Origin: Longimicrobiales bacterium
GTDB lineage: Bacteria; Gemmatimonadota; Gemmatimonadetes; Longimicrobiales; Gaopeijiaceae
NCBI GenBank assembly: GCA_965202805.1
Contig: OZ241869.1
Location: 3,072,001 to 3,136,000, forward strand
DNA: 64,000 nucleotides
Direction of reading: 5' to 3'
Under the pieces are notes generated by a model. The model worked only from the letters and a program-made list of their open reading frames with translations. It was not told where the DNA came from and did not search any database. This document shows positions 42,001 through 50,738 of this stretch, in pieces. A program made the translations under genes and the position numbers. Position 1 is the stretch's first letter; every line of letters starts with the position of its first letter.

Positions 42001-42103
42001 GTCGCTCGGCAACACGCCGGCTCTCGATGACGGAATCGGAAACCAGACCGAGCGGGTGCCGTCCCCGGTCACGTTCCGCATGTCCATGCGGGTCACCTTC
42101 TAG
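39011..42103 (+). CDS. SusC/RagA-like TonB-dependent receptor
   Basis: Signal peptide; carboxypeptidase-regulatory-like N-domain; LDEIVVTG; IRLRG; INPNDIERIEVIKGSAATTLYG; NPDLGPE; ends in F. Confidence 0.95.
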   Translation: MSRLSPQSPRTFRAPGRSGKGGLAVLIVLGLSVLAAVPAHAQNGRLTGIVTDAQSGAPIGEVQVYIAGSTLGTLTRSNGRYLILNVPPGSYELRAERIGFQTVTESVDVPADGTMTRDFAMTTEALGLDEIVVTGAAGAARRREIGNAIAQINLTDIPEREANVSDLLQAAAPGIQVIGGSSEPAQGKQIRLRGNSSVAMSNQPIIYVDGVRIMDDAFPVVATPGTGLGRPSLITVTPLDMINPNDIERIEVIKGSAATTLYGTEASAGVIQVFTKRGSAGAPVWTAEIQQGTGWMQPFGAPGGDFIQMEHYMRDAWWGGGYEGGQYSTDCVTDDDRWKGVNSSASGPCSFPGSVWFQNYLLSVRGGGQALQYFISGQYQDDSYVLANDELEKYNFRGNFTMTPVEDLQIQWNTGYTSQWLSGTPSGNNAEGIQLNAFRQERNYVGSADPREIGKLLEYEFDQRNERLNSGITLTYTPQARLTNRFTFGYDYSNQEGENQRNFGFFLKPLGSRTNDTFQRRVLTFDYVGTYNLPVTSTINSNFSWGGQAIGDSQVRLRLLGEDFPGAAEPTVSSAAIKVAEEDREKVWNAGFFVQNVFDISNKYFVTGGIRVDGNSAFGSGFGLQVYPKVSGTWVISDEDFWDAGLGSIKLRAAYGQSGRAPGAFDAVRTWDPAGYAGTPAFTPANLGNPDLGPEVSREWEFGFDASWLDDRLTATFTYFDQQTTDALMFVSAVPSQGFTRSQLQNVGTVGADGIELQLDARLFQSTSFSVDAGLGVSTYNSEVMSLCKGETEPSEVVLARDPDAQCIPPFWDLNGRIIEGEALPVEVGRRVINRDEIADPQFADNPDTPAAPGRTGENVIIGPQLPTHTITPSLAVRLPGNVLLSARGEYMGGHVAYINEISISRSVRSPLCFPWYVTPKTSIELKPETPAIWRERCTPGFARDYWFDSTYFKLRNVSLTVPVDAVFPETVSNATFTATLSNFYDWYREIPWYDPESLGNTPALDDGIGNQTERVPSPVTFRMSMRVTF

Positions 42104-42117
42104 GGGAGGGCTGAGAG

Positions 42118-43464
42118 ATGACAGAGAACAGAGGAAGCTACATCGGAATCCGATTCACCCGGACCCTTCTCGTCGCCGCAACCGCGGCAATCGCGGCCTC
42201 GGGTTGCGAGGTCACCAACCCCGGACCCATCCAGGACGAGTTCCTGGCGCAGCCCGCGTCCCAGCAGGGGCTCGTCAACGGCGGCGTGCGCCGTCTGGCT
42301 GAGCTGTTGACCTACGGCAGCTACACCCACGCCATCCTCGCGCGCGAGCTCTTCCCGGGCGGCCAGACCGGGTTCATGGGCCACGACCCGATCACCCAGT
42401 CCGGACACATCCTGCCCGGAAGTTTTTCCAATCGCTGGAACGACGGAGTGCAGGCCCGCTTCATCACGGAGACGGCGATCAAGCGCTTTACCGAGGTGGA
42501 CGCGCCCAGCAACATGCTGTACCAGGCGTACCTGTGGAACGCCTTCGCCTATCGCACCATGGGCGAGTGGTGGTGTGACGCCGTGCTCGGTCCCATCGAT
42601 CCGGACGACACGACGCCAGGCTCCTACGAGCAGGGATCGACCGGGAACTTCAACCGCGCCATCGACAGCTTCACGGCAGCCCTGGGGTTTGCCTCGACCC
42701 CGGAGGAAACCCACGCGGCGCGGGGCGGCCGAGCAGCCGCGCACGCCTGGCTGGGGGACTGGAGCGCGGCCGCGGCCGACGCCGCGACGATCCCGGACGA
42801 CTTCGTCTTCTGGATCAACTACGACGACGAGCTCCAGCCCTACTACAACACCATCTTCGAGGCCAACGCGCGCCAGCCGGCGGGATCCTACTCGGTGATC
42901 TACACCTTCGTCGAGAACTACTACACGGAGACGGGCGACCCCAGAACCCCCTGGTTCGAGGACGCGAACATTCCCTACGCCACGGCGAGCCTCGACACCT
43001 ACGGCCAGGTGGAGTGGAAGAACCAGGCCAAGTACAACAGCCGCAACGACGACCAGCGCATCGTCAGCGGCTGGGAGATGCGGCTCCTGGAAGCGGAGGC
43101 GGCACTGAACTCCGGGAACTGGCAGGCCGCCATGACCCTCATCAACAGGGTGCGCACCCGTAACATCAGCGACACCACCGGAGAACCGCTCGACCCCTGG
43201 AATGCGATGAGCATGGGGGAGGCGTGGACCTTCCTCAAGCGCGAGCGCTACATCGAGCTCTGGCTCGAGGGACGCCGGCTGGGCGACGAGCGCCGCTGGG
43301 CGGCGACCGGCACGCCGGGAGATCTCGACACGCCGGATTGGGAGAGCACAGCCTTCGCGCCGGGCTCCCGCACCAACATGTTCACGCGCAACCCGAGGTC
43401 CTATTGCTTCGACATCCCCGAGTCGGAGCGCGACCGCAACCCCAACGTCCCGCCGATAAGCTGA
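42118..43464 (+). CDS. RagB/SusD family nutrient-binding lipoprotein
   Basis: Lipobox ASGC; EMRLLEAEA, INRVR, ERYIELWLEGRRLGD, E.DRNPN. Confidence 0.92.
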   Translation: MTENRGSYIGIRFTRTLLVAATAAIAASGCEVTNPGPIQDEFLAQPASQQGLVNGGVRRLAELLTYGSYTHAILARELFPGGQTGFMGHDPITQSGHILPGSFSNRWNDGVQARFITETAIKRFTEVDAPSNMLYQAYLWNAFAYRTMGEWWCDAVLGPIDPDDTTPGSYEQGSTGNFNRAIDSFTAALGFASTPEETHAARGGRAAAHAWLGDWSAAAADAATIPDDFVFWINYDDELQPYYNTIFEANARQPAGSYSVIYTFVENYYTETGDPRTPWFEDANIPYATASLDTYGQVEWKNQAKYNSRNDDQRIVSGWEMRLLEAEAALNSGNWQAAMTLINRVRTRNISDTTGEPLDPWNAMSMGEAWTFLKRERYIELWLEGRRLGDERRWAATGTPGDLDTPDWESTAFAPGSRTNMFTRNPRSYCFDIPESERDRNPNVPPIS

Positions 43465-43485
43465 CTCGGGGGGCGTAAGGCAAGA

Positions 43486-43526
43486 GCCGGGTCGCGGGGG
43501 TGATCGCCCTCGCGGCCCGGTTTTTT
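43486..43526 (+). terminator. Rho-independent terminator after susD-like gene
   Basis: GC stem gccgggtcgcggggg/ccctcgcggcccggt followed by a T run. Confidence 0.75.
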
Positions 43527-43612
43527 CGTGGTCGAGCTTCGAGGGGTTGCTGCCGGGTCAGGCTCCGGTGAGCGGCACGCGGGACCAGGCGGGAGGCCGT
43601 GCCAACCCGGGC

Positions 43613-43673
43613 TGCTAAGTCTGTAGTTGACAAGCCGGAACCTGATCGCCACCATGCTACTATATCATTAGTA
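43613..43673 (+). promoter_or_regulatory. Promoter and putative BlaI-type operators
   Basis: TTGACA(43627)-N17-CACCAT; palindrome TACTA-N6-TAGTA (43658-43673); degenerate copy TGCTA-N6-TAGTT (43613-43628). Confidence 0.65.
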
Positions 43674-43766
43674 TTTTCCTGCCGGAAGAAGAAGTGCCTG
43701 TGGAACCGGAGGAGTGGCCACCCGCAGTACCCGGCGAGCCCAGCCCTGGCCCCTGAGGAGGAACCC

Positions 43767-44141
43767 GTGACAACGCTCACCGCCCGCGAAATGGACGTCA
43801 TGTCGGTTCTGTGGGACCTTGGATCCGCCACCGTCGCGGAGGTCAGCGACCGGCTGGAGGATGATCTGGCCTACACCACGGTGCTCACCGTCCTGCGCAT
43901 CCTGGAATCGAAGGGGCTCGTCGGCCACGAGAGGGAGGGGCGCGCGCACCGCTACCATCCCCTGCTCGCGCGGCGAGAGGCCGGCCGGTCGGTTCTCGAC
44001 CGGCTCCGGAAGAAGGTCTACTCGGGATCCACGGAGATGCTCGTGGCCAACCTGGTCTCCGACGAACGCCTTTCCGCGCAGACCATCAGGCGCCTGCGCA
44101 AGCTGCTTGACGAGCGACTCGAGAAGGAGGAGCAACGATGA
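43767..44141 (+). CDS. BlaI/MecI/CopY family repressor
   Basis: GAGGAGG RBS; LTAREMDVMSVLW...ATVAEV...LAYTTVLTVLRILESKG. Confidence 0.95.
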   Translation: MTTLTAREMDVMSVLWDLGSATVAEVSDRLEDDLAYTTVLTVLRILESKGLVGHEREGRAHRYHPLLARREAGRSVLDRLRKKVYSGSTEMLVANLVSDERLSAQTIRRLRKLLDERLEKEEQR

Positions 44142-45952
44142 TTGCCGCATGGATGCTCTGGTCGGCCGGCGTCGGAGTGCTGTTCCTGGTCGCGGGCCTG
44201 GCGGCCGAGAGGCTCCTCACCGTCTACGGCCGTCCGACGCGATGGGTGTGGATCGTCGCCGGAGCAGCGACGACGGCATTGTCGGTGCTGCGGATTCCGG
44301 GCGGCGCCCCGGAACAGGCGGCTCCCCCACCGGGCTACGCGCCCCCTCTGCTCGAGCCGTTGGCGGTGACGGTCGCCCGCGATTCGATGCTCCGCTCCTT
44401 CGACGATCTCCTCGTGCTGGGCTGGGTGGTGCTCTCCTCGCTGCTCGTGGTGACGGTGCTGTTCGCCTTCGCGCGCCTGGTGCGGGAGGGAAGATCGTGG
44501 CAGCCCGGTTCCCTGGGCCATCGCACCGTGCTCTGGTCCCGGGATACCGGCCCGACCATCGTCGGCCTCCTGCGGCCCCGCGTCGTCCTGCCCGCGTGGG
44601 TCCGCGCCATAGACTCCAAAGAGCAGAGGCTGATTCTCGCGCACGAAGAGGAGCACATCCGCGCCGGCGACGCCCGGCTCCGCTTCCTGATGACGCTGCC
44701 CCTGTTCGTCTTCCCCTGGAATCCCGCTCTCTGGCTCCAGCGCCACCGTCTGAATCTCGCCGTCGAACTGGACTGCGACCGGAGGGTGATACGCCGGATG
44801 CCCGGACACCGCCACGCCTACGGGAACCTGCTCCTGCGGGTCGGCGCCGGACGCAACGGGCTGCATCGTCTGGCGCTCGTGTCGCTGTCCGAAGGGCGGT
44901 CGCAGCTCGAGCGTCGCATCCGCAGGCTGGTGGAGAAGATGCCGCGCGCGCGACGCATCCAGGCGGCACTTCTCCTGCTGGGCGCCGCGGCCGTCGTGAC
45001 GCTGGCGGTCCTGTTCCCCCGGATTCGCGGAGAGGATGCACCGGTGCCGGACGAGTTGGCCGACCTCATGGCGGAACCGACCTTCACGCCCTACACGGTG
45101 CGTCCCGACCTCGTGAACGAGGCCGAAGCCCAGCGGGCCCTGGAGGAAGAATACCCTGCGTCGCTGAGGGACGCGGGCATTGGGGGGAGGGCCATCGTCC
45201 ACTTCTTCATCGACACCGAGGGCGTCGTGCAGAGGGTTCTCGTACCCCAGACGTCCGGCCACGAAGAACTCGACTCGGCGGCCCTGCGGGTTGCCCGAGT
45301 ATTCCGGTTCACCCCCGCGCTCAACCTGGATGAGGTCGTGCCCGTGTGGGTCGCCATCCCGATCACGTTCGGCACGGTTGAGGAAGCCGCCGACAGCTCC
45401 CGGGCGGAGGCAGCGAGGGAGTTCTTCGAAGAGGTGCGCCGCCTTCGAGACGAGTTACGGGCGGATACCACCCCTGCTCCGGATTCCAGCGCCTTTCTGG
45501 AAGCAGTGAACCGACTTCGCGAAGAGATGGAACGTGCTGTCGAAGAGTTGGAACGTGCTGCCGACCAGGTCGCCGCAGGCGAATCCGGCAACCCGACCGA
45601 GGCATCCCTGGCGGACGCGCAACAGGAGGCGTCGCTGATGGACGCTCCGACCTTCACCCCCTACACGGTGCGTCCCGACCTGGTGAACGAGCGGGAGGTG
45701 CAGCGCGCGCTGGCGAGAGAATACCCCCCGATAGTGAGGGACGCGGGAATCGGAGGGACGACTAACGTGCACTTCTTCATCGACACCGAGGGCGTAGTGC
45801 AACGGGTCCTCGTCGCCCAGACCTCCGGCCACGAGGCGCTCGACGAGGCTGCCCTGCGGGTTGCTCGCATCTTCCGGTTCACTCCGGCGCTCAACGAGGA
45901 TGAGGTGGTGCCCGTATGGATCGCCATCCCGATCACGTTCCAGACCAGGTGA
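44138..45952 (+). CDS. BlaR1-like M56 peptidase fused to two TonB C-terminal domains
   Basis: P.IVG..RP.VVLP, AHEEEH, PWNP, ELDCD, LERRI; two copies of YP...RDAGIGG...SGHE.LD.AALRVA..FRFTPA...IPITF. Confidence 0.92.
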   Translation: MIAAWMLWSAGVGVLFLVAGLAAERLLTVYGRPTRWVWIVAGAATTALSVLRIPGGAPEQAAPPPGYAPPLLEPLAVTVARDSMLRSFDDLLVLGWVVLSSLLVVTVLFAFARLVREGRSWQPGSLGHRTVLWSRDTGPTIVGLLRPRVVLPAWVRAIDSKEQRLILAHEEEHIRAGDARLRFLMTLPLFVFPWNPALWLQRHRLNLAVELDCDRRVIRRMPGHRHAYGNLLLRVGAGRNGLHRLALVSLSEGRSQLERRIRRLVEKMPRARRIQAALLLLGAAAVVTLAVLFPRIRGEDAPVPDELADLMAEPTFTPYTVRPDLVNEAEAQRALEEEYPASLRDAGIGGRAIVHFFIDTEGVVQRVLVPQTSGHEELDSAALRVARVFRFTPALNLDEVVPVWVAIPITFGTVEEAADSSRAEAAREFFEEVRRLRDELRADTTPAPDSSAFLEAVNRLREEMERAVEELERAADQVAAGESGNPTEASLADAQQEASLMDAPTFTPYTVRPDLVNEREVQRALAREYPPIVRDAGIGGTTNVHFFIDTEGVVQRVLVAQTSGHEALDEAALRVARIFRFTPALNEDEVVPVWIAIPITFQTR

Positions 45953-46086
45953 TGAACCCGGACCTGGAGGAAGGGAACGAAGTATCTGCGTGAGATGGGC
46001 GGCTGCCCTTCCGTCGCGCGGACAGGGCCGCGCGCATGCCTGCCAAAAGGCTCACTTCGCCGGTTAGGCCGGAGTCGTCGCGACCA

Positions 46087-46159
46087 CTGGGGCGGGAGGG
46101 CTCGAACCTCCAACCTCCTGGTTAACAGCCAGGCGCTCTGCCGGTTGAGCTACACCCCA
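46087..46159 (-). tRNA. trnN: tRNA-Asn (GTT)
   Basis: Cloverleaf TGGGGTG...TAGCTCAA..GG..CTGTTAA..GGTTCGAG..CGCCCCA-G; 73 nt; CCA not encoded. Confidence 0.96.
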
Positions 46160-46380
46160 TCACGGTCGGCTTGCGACGTTCGCGCCCGCCCCGGACGGGG
46201 ATAGGCGCGACTCCGGAATCAAGCTACACCGGTGCCCGCGTGTCAACACTGCTTTCCGGCTGCGTGTCCTGAGAGTTAGGTTACCCGGCTTGCGCGCGCA
46301 CGTGGGCTGCCGTCTCGAGGTGGGCCTTCGCCGCGCGGCCGCCACAAAGCCAAGCCGTTTCCGACAAGGGCACATCCCGA

Positions 46381-48810
46381 ATGATCCTCAAGCTGCTCGC
46401 CGTACAGGCCATCCTGGTGCCTGCTCAGGGTGACGTGCCCGAGCGTCCGCCCGCAGTCGCGGAATACGACGGCGCAGCAGGGCAGCTCGAGGTCGTGACC
46501 CCGCGGCTCGAGGACCCGGACATCAGCATCGACGGACGCCTTGACGACGCAGCCTGGGAAGGCGCGGCCCTGCTGCGCAATTTCAGCCAGTACGATCCGG
46601 TCGAGGGCATTCCGGCCGTGCAGCCGACCGAAGCGCTGGTCCTGGTCAGCGACGACGCCATCTATTTCGGGGTTCGCGCCTGGGACAGCGACCCGGGCGG
46701 GGTGCGCGCCTCTCTCAGCGAGCGCGACAGCTGGGGCCGGGCCGACGACTATATCCGCGTCGTGCTGGACACCTTCAACGACCGGCGGCGGGCCTACAAC
46801 TTCATGGTCAACGCCTACGGGGTGCAGCAGGACGGCATCTGGGTCGAGGGGGGGCAGGGTGGTGGCGGCGGCGGCCGGGGACGCCGGGGCGGCGGAGGAG
46901 GCGGAGGTGGACGCCGCGGCGGCGGGTTCGGTCCCCCACCGGTGGACTACAACCCCGACTTCATCTGGGAGTCGGATGGGCGCCTGGACGACCAGGGGTA
47001 CACCGTCGAAATCCGCATCCCGTTCAAGAGCATCCGCTTCCAGAACGTCCCCACGCAGTCCTGGGGCATCAACATCATGCGCCGGGTTCAGCGCACCGGC
47101 TACCAGCAGTCGTGGGCGCCGCTCTCCCGCGACCTCGCCAACCAGCTCGAACAGTCGGGAACGCTGGACGACCTCCAGGATCTCGATCCCGGCCTGTTCC
47201 TCGAGATGAACCCGGTCGTGACCGGGAAGCGCCTGGGCGCATACGACGCCGACGCCGACGCCTTCCAGCACGACGATCCCGCCGGCGACTTCGGCTTCTA
47301 CACGACCTACGGGCTTACGTCCAACCTGACCCTCGACGGCACCTACAACCCCGACTTCAGCCAGGTGGAAGCCGACGCGGGCCAGATCGCGGTCAACGAG
47401 CGCTTCGCCCTCTTCTTCCCCGAGAAGCGTCCGTTCTTCCTCGAGGGGATGGACATCTTCCAGTTGCCCAAGCAGTTGGTGTACACCCGCTCGGTCGTGG
47501 ATCCGATCGCGGGCGCGAAGATCACCGGCAAGGTGGGGAACTTCAACGTCGGCTACATGGGAGCGGTCGACCAGGTTGAGTCGAGCAGTTCCGCCAACGA
47601 CGCCGTCGTGAATCTGGTGCGTCTGCGCCGCGACCTGGGAACCAGCTCGACCTTCGGGCTGACCTACACCGACCGCACCCGTTCCACCGACGTCTTCAAC
47701 CGCGTCATGAGCGCCGATACGCGCCTGGTGATGGGAGGCCGCTACACCTTGCAGTTCATTGGGGCGGGCAGTGTCCGGGGTCTGAGCGAGGGCGGCTCGG
47801 AATGGGGCACGCTGACGTCCGCCAGCTTCGCGCGCACCGGACGGACCTTCTCGTTCAACGGCGAGTTCGAGAACCTCGAACCCGCGTTCGAAGCCGCCAG
47901 CGGCTTCATCCGGCGCGTCGGGCTGACACAGATGCAGGGGAATGTCTCGCTCAACAGCATCGGGCGTCCGGGCGATCTGATCGAGCGCTGGGGGCCGTCG
48001 CTCTCCGTGCGCACGCTCTGGGACCACGACACCTTCTGGGACGGCGGCAAGACCGAGGAGAGCGAAATCCGGCTCACGGGCACGGCCTCGTTCCGCAACA
48101 ACATCACCCTCTTCCTGACCGGCACGCGCACCGACTTCTTCTTCCCCGCGAGCGACTACGGCGGGCTCTTCACGCGCGAGCCATCCGACATGCTGGCCCC
48201 GCTCTCCGTGAGCCAGTCGCATTTCCAGGGCCTGTACGGAGCCAGCTTGTTCCTGATGGCCAGCTCCTGGAGCAAGGTGCGCGGCAACATCCGCTTCAGC
48301 TGGGGGGAGACGCCCCTGTTCTATCGGACCCTTGACGTGCCCATCGAAACCGCGGAGCAATACTCCGGCAGTGTGAGCCTGAACCTCTATCCCTTCACCT
48401 CCCTGCAGGCCGAGGTCGGGGTCAACCACGAGACGCTCATCCGCAAGCGCGGCGGAAGCCGTTATTCGTCGGCCACGATTCCGCGCATCAGGGCCCAGTA
48501 TCAGTTCACCAAGGCGCTCTTCCTGCGGAGCATCGTCGAGTACGCCCACCGCGACCAGGAGCCGCTGCTGAACCCGGTGAGCGGACTTCCGCTCGAATAC
48601 TGTCCCGCCGACGCATGCAGCGCGCTGTCGACGTCCATCGGACACGACGTCCACGTCGAGGTGCTGCTCAGCTACGAGCCTTCACCGGGCACAGTGATGT
48701 ACGTCGGCTACTCGCGGGAGATGGAGGACACGGGCGCCTTCCGATTCCAGCGGATGAGGCCCCAGGCGGACGGACTGTTTGCGAAGGTGAGCTACCGATT
48801 CCGGCTATAA
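46381..48810 (+). CDS. CBM9-like + DUF5916 outer-membrane protein
   Basis: IDGRLDD.AW, F.VNAYGVQ.D, EIRIPFKSIRF, NPDFSQVEAD, FPEKRPFFLEG; ends KVSYRFRL; G/R-rich insert. Confidence 0.88.
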   Translation: MILKLLAVQAILVPAQGDVPERPPAVAEYDGAAGQLEVVTPRLEDPDISIDGRLDDAAWEGAALLRNFSQYDPVEGIPAVQPTEALVLVSDDAIYFGVRAWDSDPGGVRASLSERDSWGRADDYIRVVLDTFNDRRRAYNFMVNAYGVQQDGIWVEGGQGGGGGGRGRRGGGGGGGGRRGGGFGPPPVDYNPDFIWESDGRLDDQGYTVEIRIPFKSIRFQNVPTQSWGINIMRRVQRTGYQQSWAPLSRDLANQLEQSGTLDDLQDLDPGLFLEMNPVVTGKRLGAYDADADAFQHDDPAGDFGFYTTYGLTSNLTLDGTYNPDFSQVEADAGQIAVNERFALFFPEKRPFFLEGMDIFQLPKQLVYTRSVVDPIAGAKITGKVGNFNVGYMGAVDQVESSSSANDAVVNLVRLRRDLGTSSTFGLTYTDRTRSTDVFNRVMSADTRLVMGGRYTLQFIGAGSVRGLSEGGSEWGTLTSASFARTGRTFSFNGEFENLEPAFEAASGFIRRVGLTQMQGNVSLNSIGRPGDLIERWGPSLSVRTLWDHDTFWDGGKTEESEIRLTGTASFRNNITLFLTGTRTDFFFPASDYGGLFTREPSDMLAPLSVSQSHFQGLYGASLFLMASSWSKVRGNIRFSWGETPLFYRTLDVPIETAEQYSGSVSLNLYPFTSLQAEVGVNHETLIRKRGGSRYSSATIPRIRAQYQFTKALFLRSIVEYAHRDQEPLLNPVSGLPLEYCPADACSALSTSIGHDVHVEVLLSYEPSPGTVMYVGYSREMEDTGAFRFQRMRPQADGLFAKVSYRFRL

Positions 48811-48892
48811 CGTTGTCGTTGTTGCCCGCACGGGACTGGAGCCTGAACGCCATCGGGTTCGGGACCGCAGGCGAAGCGGGGAGCGGGAGCCG

Positions 48893-49087
48893 TTATTTTC
48901 GTTCCAGCACCGCGGTGCGCCGGCATCGCTCGCACATCAACCAGACGCGGTCGCGCACGTACGAGACATCGGAGCGCGGACGAACATCGCGCCGAACCAT
49001 CGCTGATCGGCACCTGGGGCAGAGAAGCGGCTCGCCGCCGTCCAGCCGCTCCTTGAGGAGACGCTCCTCCCCGGGTGTGAAATTCAT
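48893..49087 (-). CDS. Small zinc-ribbon protein (64 aa)
   Basis: CPRC...CERC; divergent from infA. Confidence 0.6.
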   Translation of the reverse strand: MNFTPGEERLLKERLDGGEPLLCPRCRSAMVRRDVRPRSDVSYVRDRVWLMCERCRRTAVLERK

Positions 49088-49174
49088 GGCCGCCAGGCCC
49101 CCTTTCGCGGCAAGAATCGCGTCACGGGGTCTGGCTGAAGCGCCGTCCCCCATGCCACGATAAGAGGCCCGCTT

Positions 49175-49390
49175 TTGGCAAAACAGGCAATCGAAATCGA
49201 AGGAACCGTAGTCGAAGTTCTCCCCAACGCGACCTTCCGTGTCCGCCTCGAGAACGGACACCAGATCCACGCATACCTCTCCGGCAAGATGCGCCAGCAC
49301 TACATCCGCGTGCTGGAAGGCGACCGGGTCAAGTGCGAGATGTCTCCCTACGACCTGTCGAAGGGACGCATCACCTACAGGTACAAGTAG
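49175..49390 (+). CDS. infA: Translation initiation factor IF-1
   Basis: [29 protein letters not shown]...SGKMR...[20 protein letters not shown]. Confidence 0.98.
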   Translation: MAKQAIEIEGTVVEVLPNATFRVRLENGHQIHAYLSGKMRQHYIRVLEGDRVKCEMSPYDLSKGRITYRYK

Positions 49391-49633
49391 TTCCCGGGCC
49401 GGTACGAGCGGCCACCGACGCCTTCCTCGTGCCTGTCGTCGCCTCCGGAGTCGAGCCGGTCGCGATGCCCCCACCCCGGCGCGCTCCCTTTCGCCCGGTC
49501 CATCGTGGGCCGCCGGGTCGCCAGGGTCGCGACCCTCCGGTCATCCCCGACTGCCATCCCAGCGCCCGCCCGGATGAGCGAGCTTTGTGGCGGAAGATGG
49601 CGACGTGCAACGCGTGTGGCGCCCGGGAGGACG

Positions 49634-50449
49634 ATGCTCAGCACCGCGCAAAGTATCCGGCGGGAGCTGCTGGGTGAGAGCCCGCAGATGGAGCATGTCC
49701 GTCGCCTGATCGCCCGCGCGGCGGGCGTGGACGCGCCGGTGCTGATCACGGGCGAGACCGGGACCGGAAAGAGCCTGACCGCGCGCCTCATCCACGCGCA
49801 CGGCACGCGGCGCGGCGCCCCTCTGGTTCCCGTCAATTGCTCCGGCATCCCCGAGGGTCTGTTCGAGAGCGAGTTCTTCGGCCATCGCCGCGGCGCGTTC
49901 ACGGGTGCGGTCGAGAGCCGGCGCGGGCTCTTCGAGGCCGCGGATGGCGGCACCCTGTTTCTGGACGAGGTCGCGGAACTCCCGGAGCGGCAGCAGGCGA
50001 AACTGCTGACGGTGCTGGAGGACCGCGAGGTGCGCAGGGTGGGGGACGAGCGACTCCGCCCGCTGGACGTGCGGGTGCTTTCCGCGACCTCGCGCGACCT
50101 TTCGAAGGCGGTCCCCGCGGGCCGCTTCCGCGCCGATCTGTTCCATCGGATCGCCGTGCTGCGCATCGCTCTCGCACCGTTGCGGGAGCGAGCGGAGGAT
50201 ATTCCGGTTCTGGCGCACGCGCTCCTCGAGAGACTCGTCGCCAGGTACGGGGTTCGCACGACAAGGCTGCCGATCCGCGTCGAGGAGATCCTGATGCAGC
50301 ACGACTGGCCCGGCAACGTCCGCGAGTTGGCGCATGTGCTGGAGGCGGCCGCCATCTGCAACCCCCGGAAGCGAATCTCCGCGAGCGGCGTCGAGGAGGT
50401 GATCAGGTCGCAGCCCGGGCGTGCGCAATCTGCCGCCGCAACGTCATAG
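49634..50449 (+). CDS. Sigma-54 activator AAA+ domain without regulatory domain or intact HTH (possibly truncated)
   Basis: GETGTGKS, ESEFFGH..GAFTGA, GGTLFLDEV, FRADLFHR, WPGNVREL; GGAGG RBS; TAG comes before the HTH. Confidence 0.85.
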   Translation: MLSTAQSIRRELLGESPQMEHVRRLIARAAGVDAPVLITGETGTGKSLTARLIHAHGTRRGAPLVPVNCSGIPEGLFESEFFGHRRGAFTGAVESRRGLFEAADGGTLFLDEVAELPERQQAKLLTVLEDREVRRVGDERLRPLDVRVLSATSRDLSKAVPAGRFRADLFHRIAVLRIALAPLRERAEDIPVLAHALLERLVARYGVRTTRLPIRVEEILMQHDWPGNVRELAHVLEAAAICNPRKRISASGVEEVIRSQPGRAQSAAATS

Positions 50450-50511
50450 CCTGGCCATCGTACGCAGGCGGCCGGGCTCCTCGGCCGGGAGGGCGCCGTC
50501 GATGGGCTGCC

Positions 50512-50559
50512 CGCATACGACTGCCCTCACACTCGCATACGACTCCACTCGCATACGAC
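50512..50559. repeat. Three direct repeats of CGCATACGAC
   Basis: Copies at 50512, 50534 and 50550; the last two extend to CACTCGCATACGAC. Confidence 0.8.
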
Positions 50560-50738
50560 GGCACCCGCCGGCTGCCGGCATGAGTTCCGCGCCGTCCGGA
50601 AACCCTGCGTGGTTCGCGCCCGAGGTTGCGTTGCCGGGTGTTGCAATGGCCACAGCGCGGATCTACCGTATCCGCTGCCGGTCTGCCAGTTCAGCGCCGG
50701 TTGGCGTGAAGTCGTCCGGTCAGCCCGCGGAGGTCTCG

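Noticed and set aside
46087..46159. tRNA-Asn as an integration site
   Set aside because: I saw no duplicated tRNA 3' end and no integrase in the window.
46276..48654. Long antisense/alternate-frame ORFs (also 321-2255, 8657-10762, 23999-26494, 51850-55515, 59139-61853)
   Set aside because: These are shadows of real genes in high-GC DNA: no motifs, low-complexity composition, and full overlap with well-supported CDSs.
50447..50449. Pyrrolysine or readthrough at the activator's TAG
   Set aside because: The downstream HTH remnant is incomplete and there are no pyl genes in the window; erosion is the simpler explanation.
50630..50645. Sigma-54 -24/-12 promoter upstream of the M28 gene
   Set aside because: TTGCA is present but the GG at -24 is missing.
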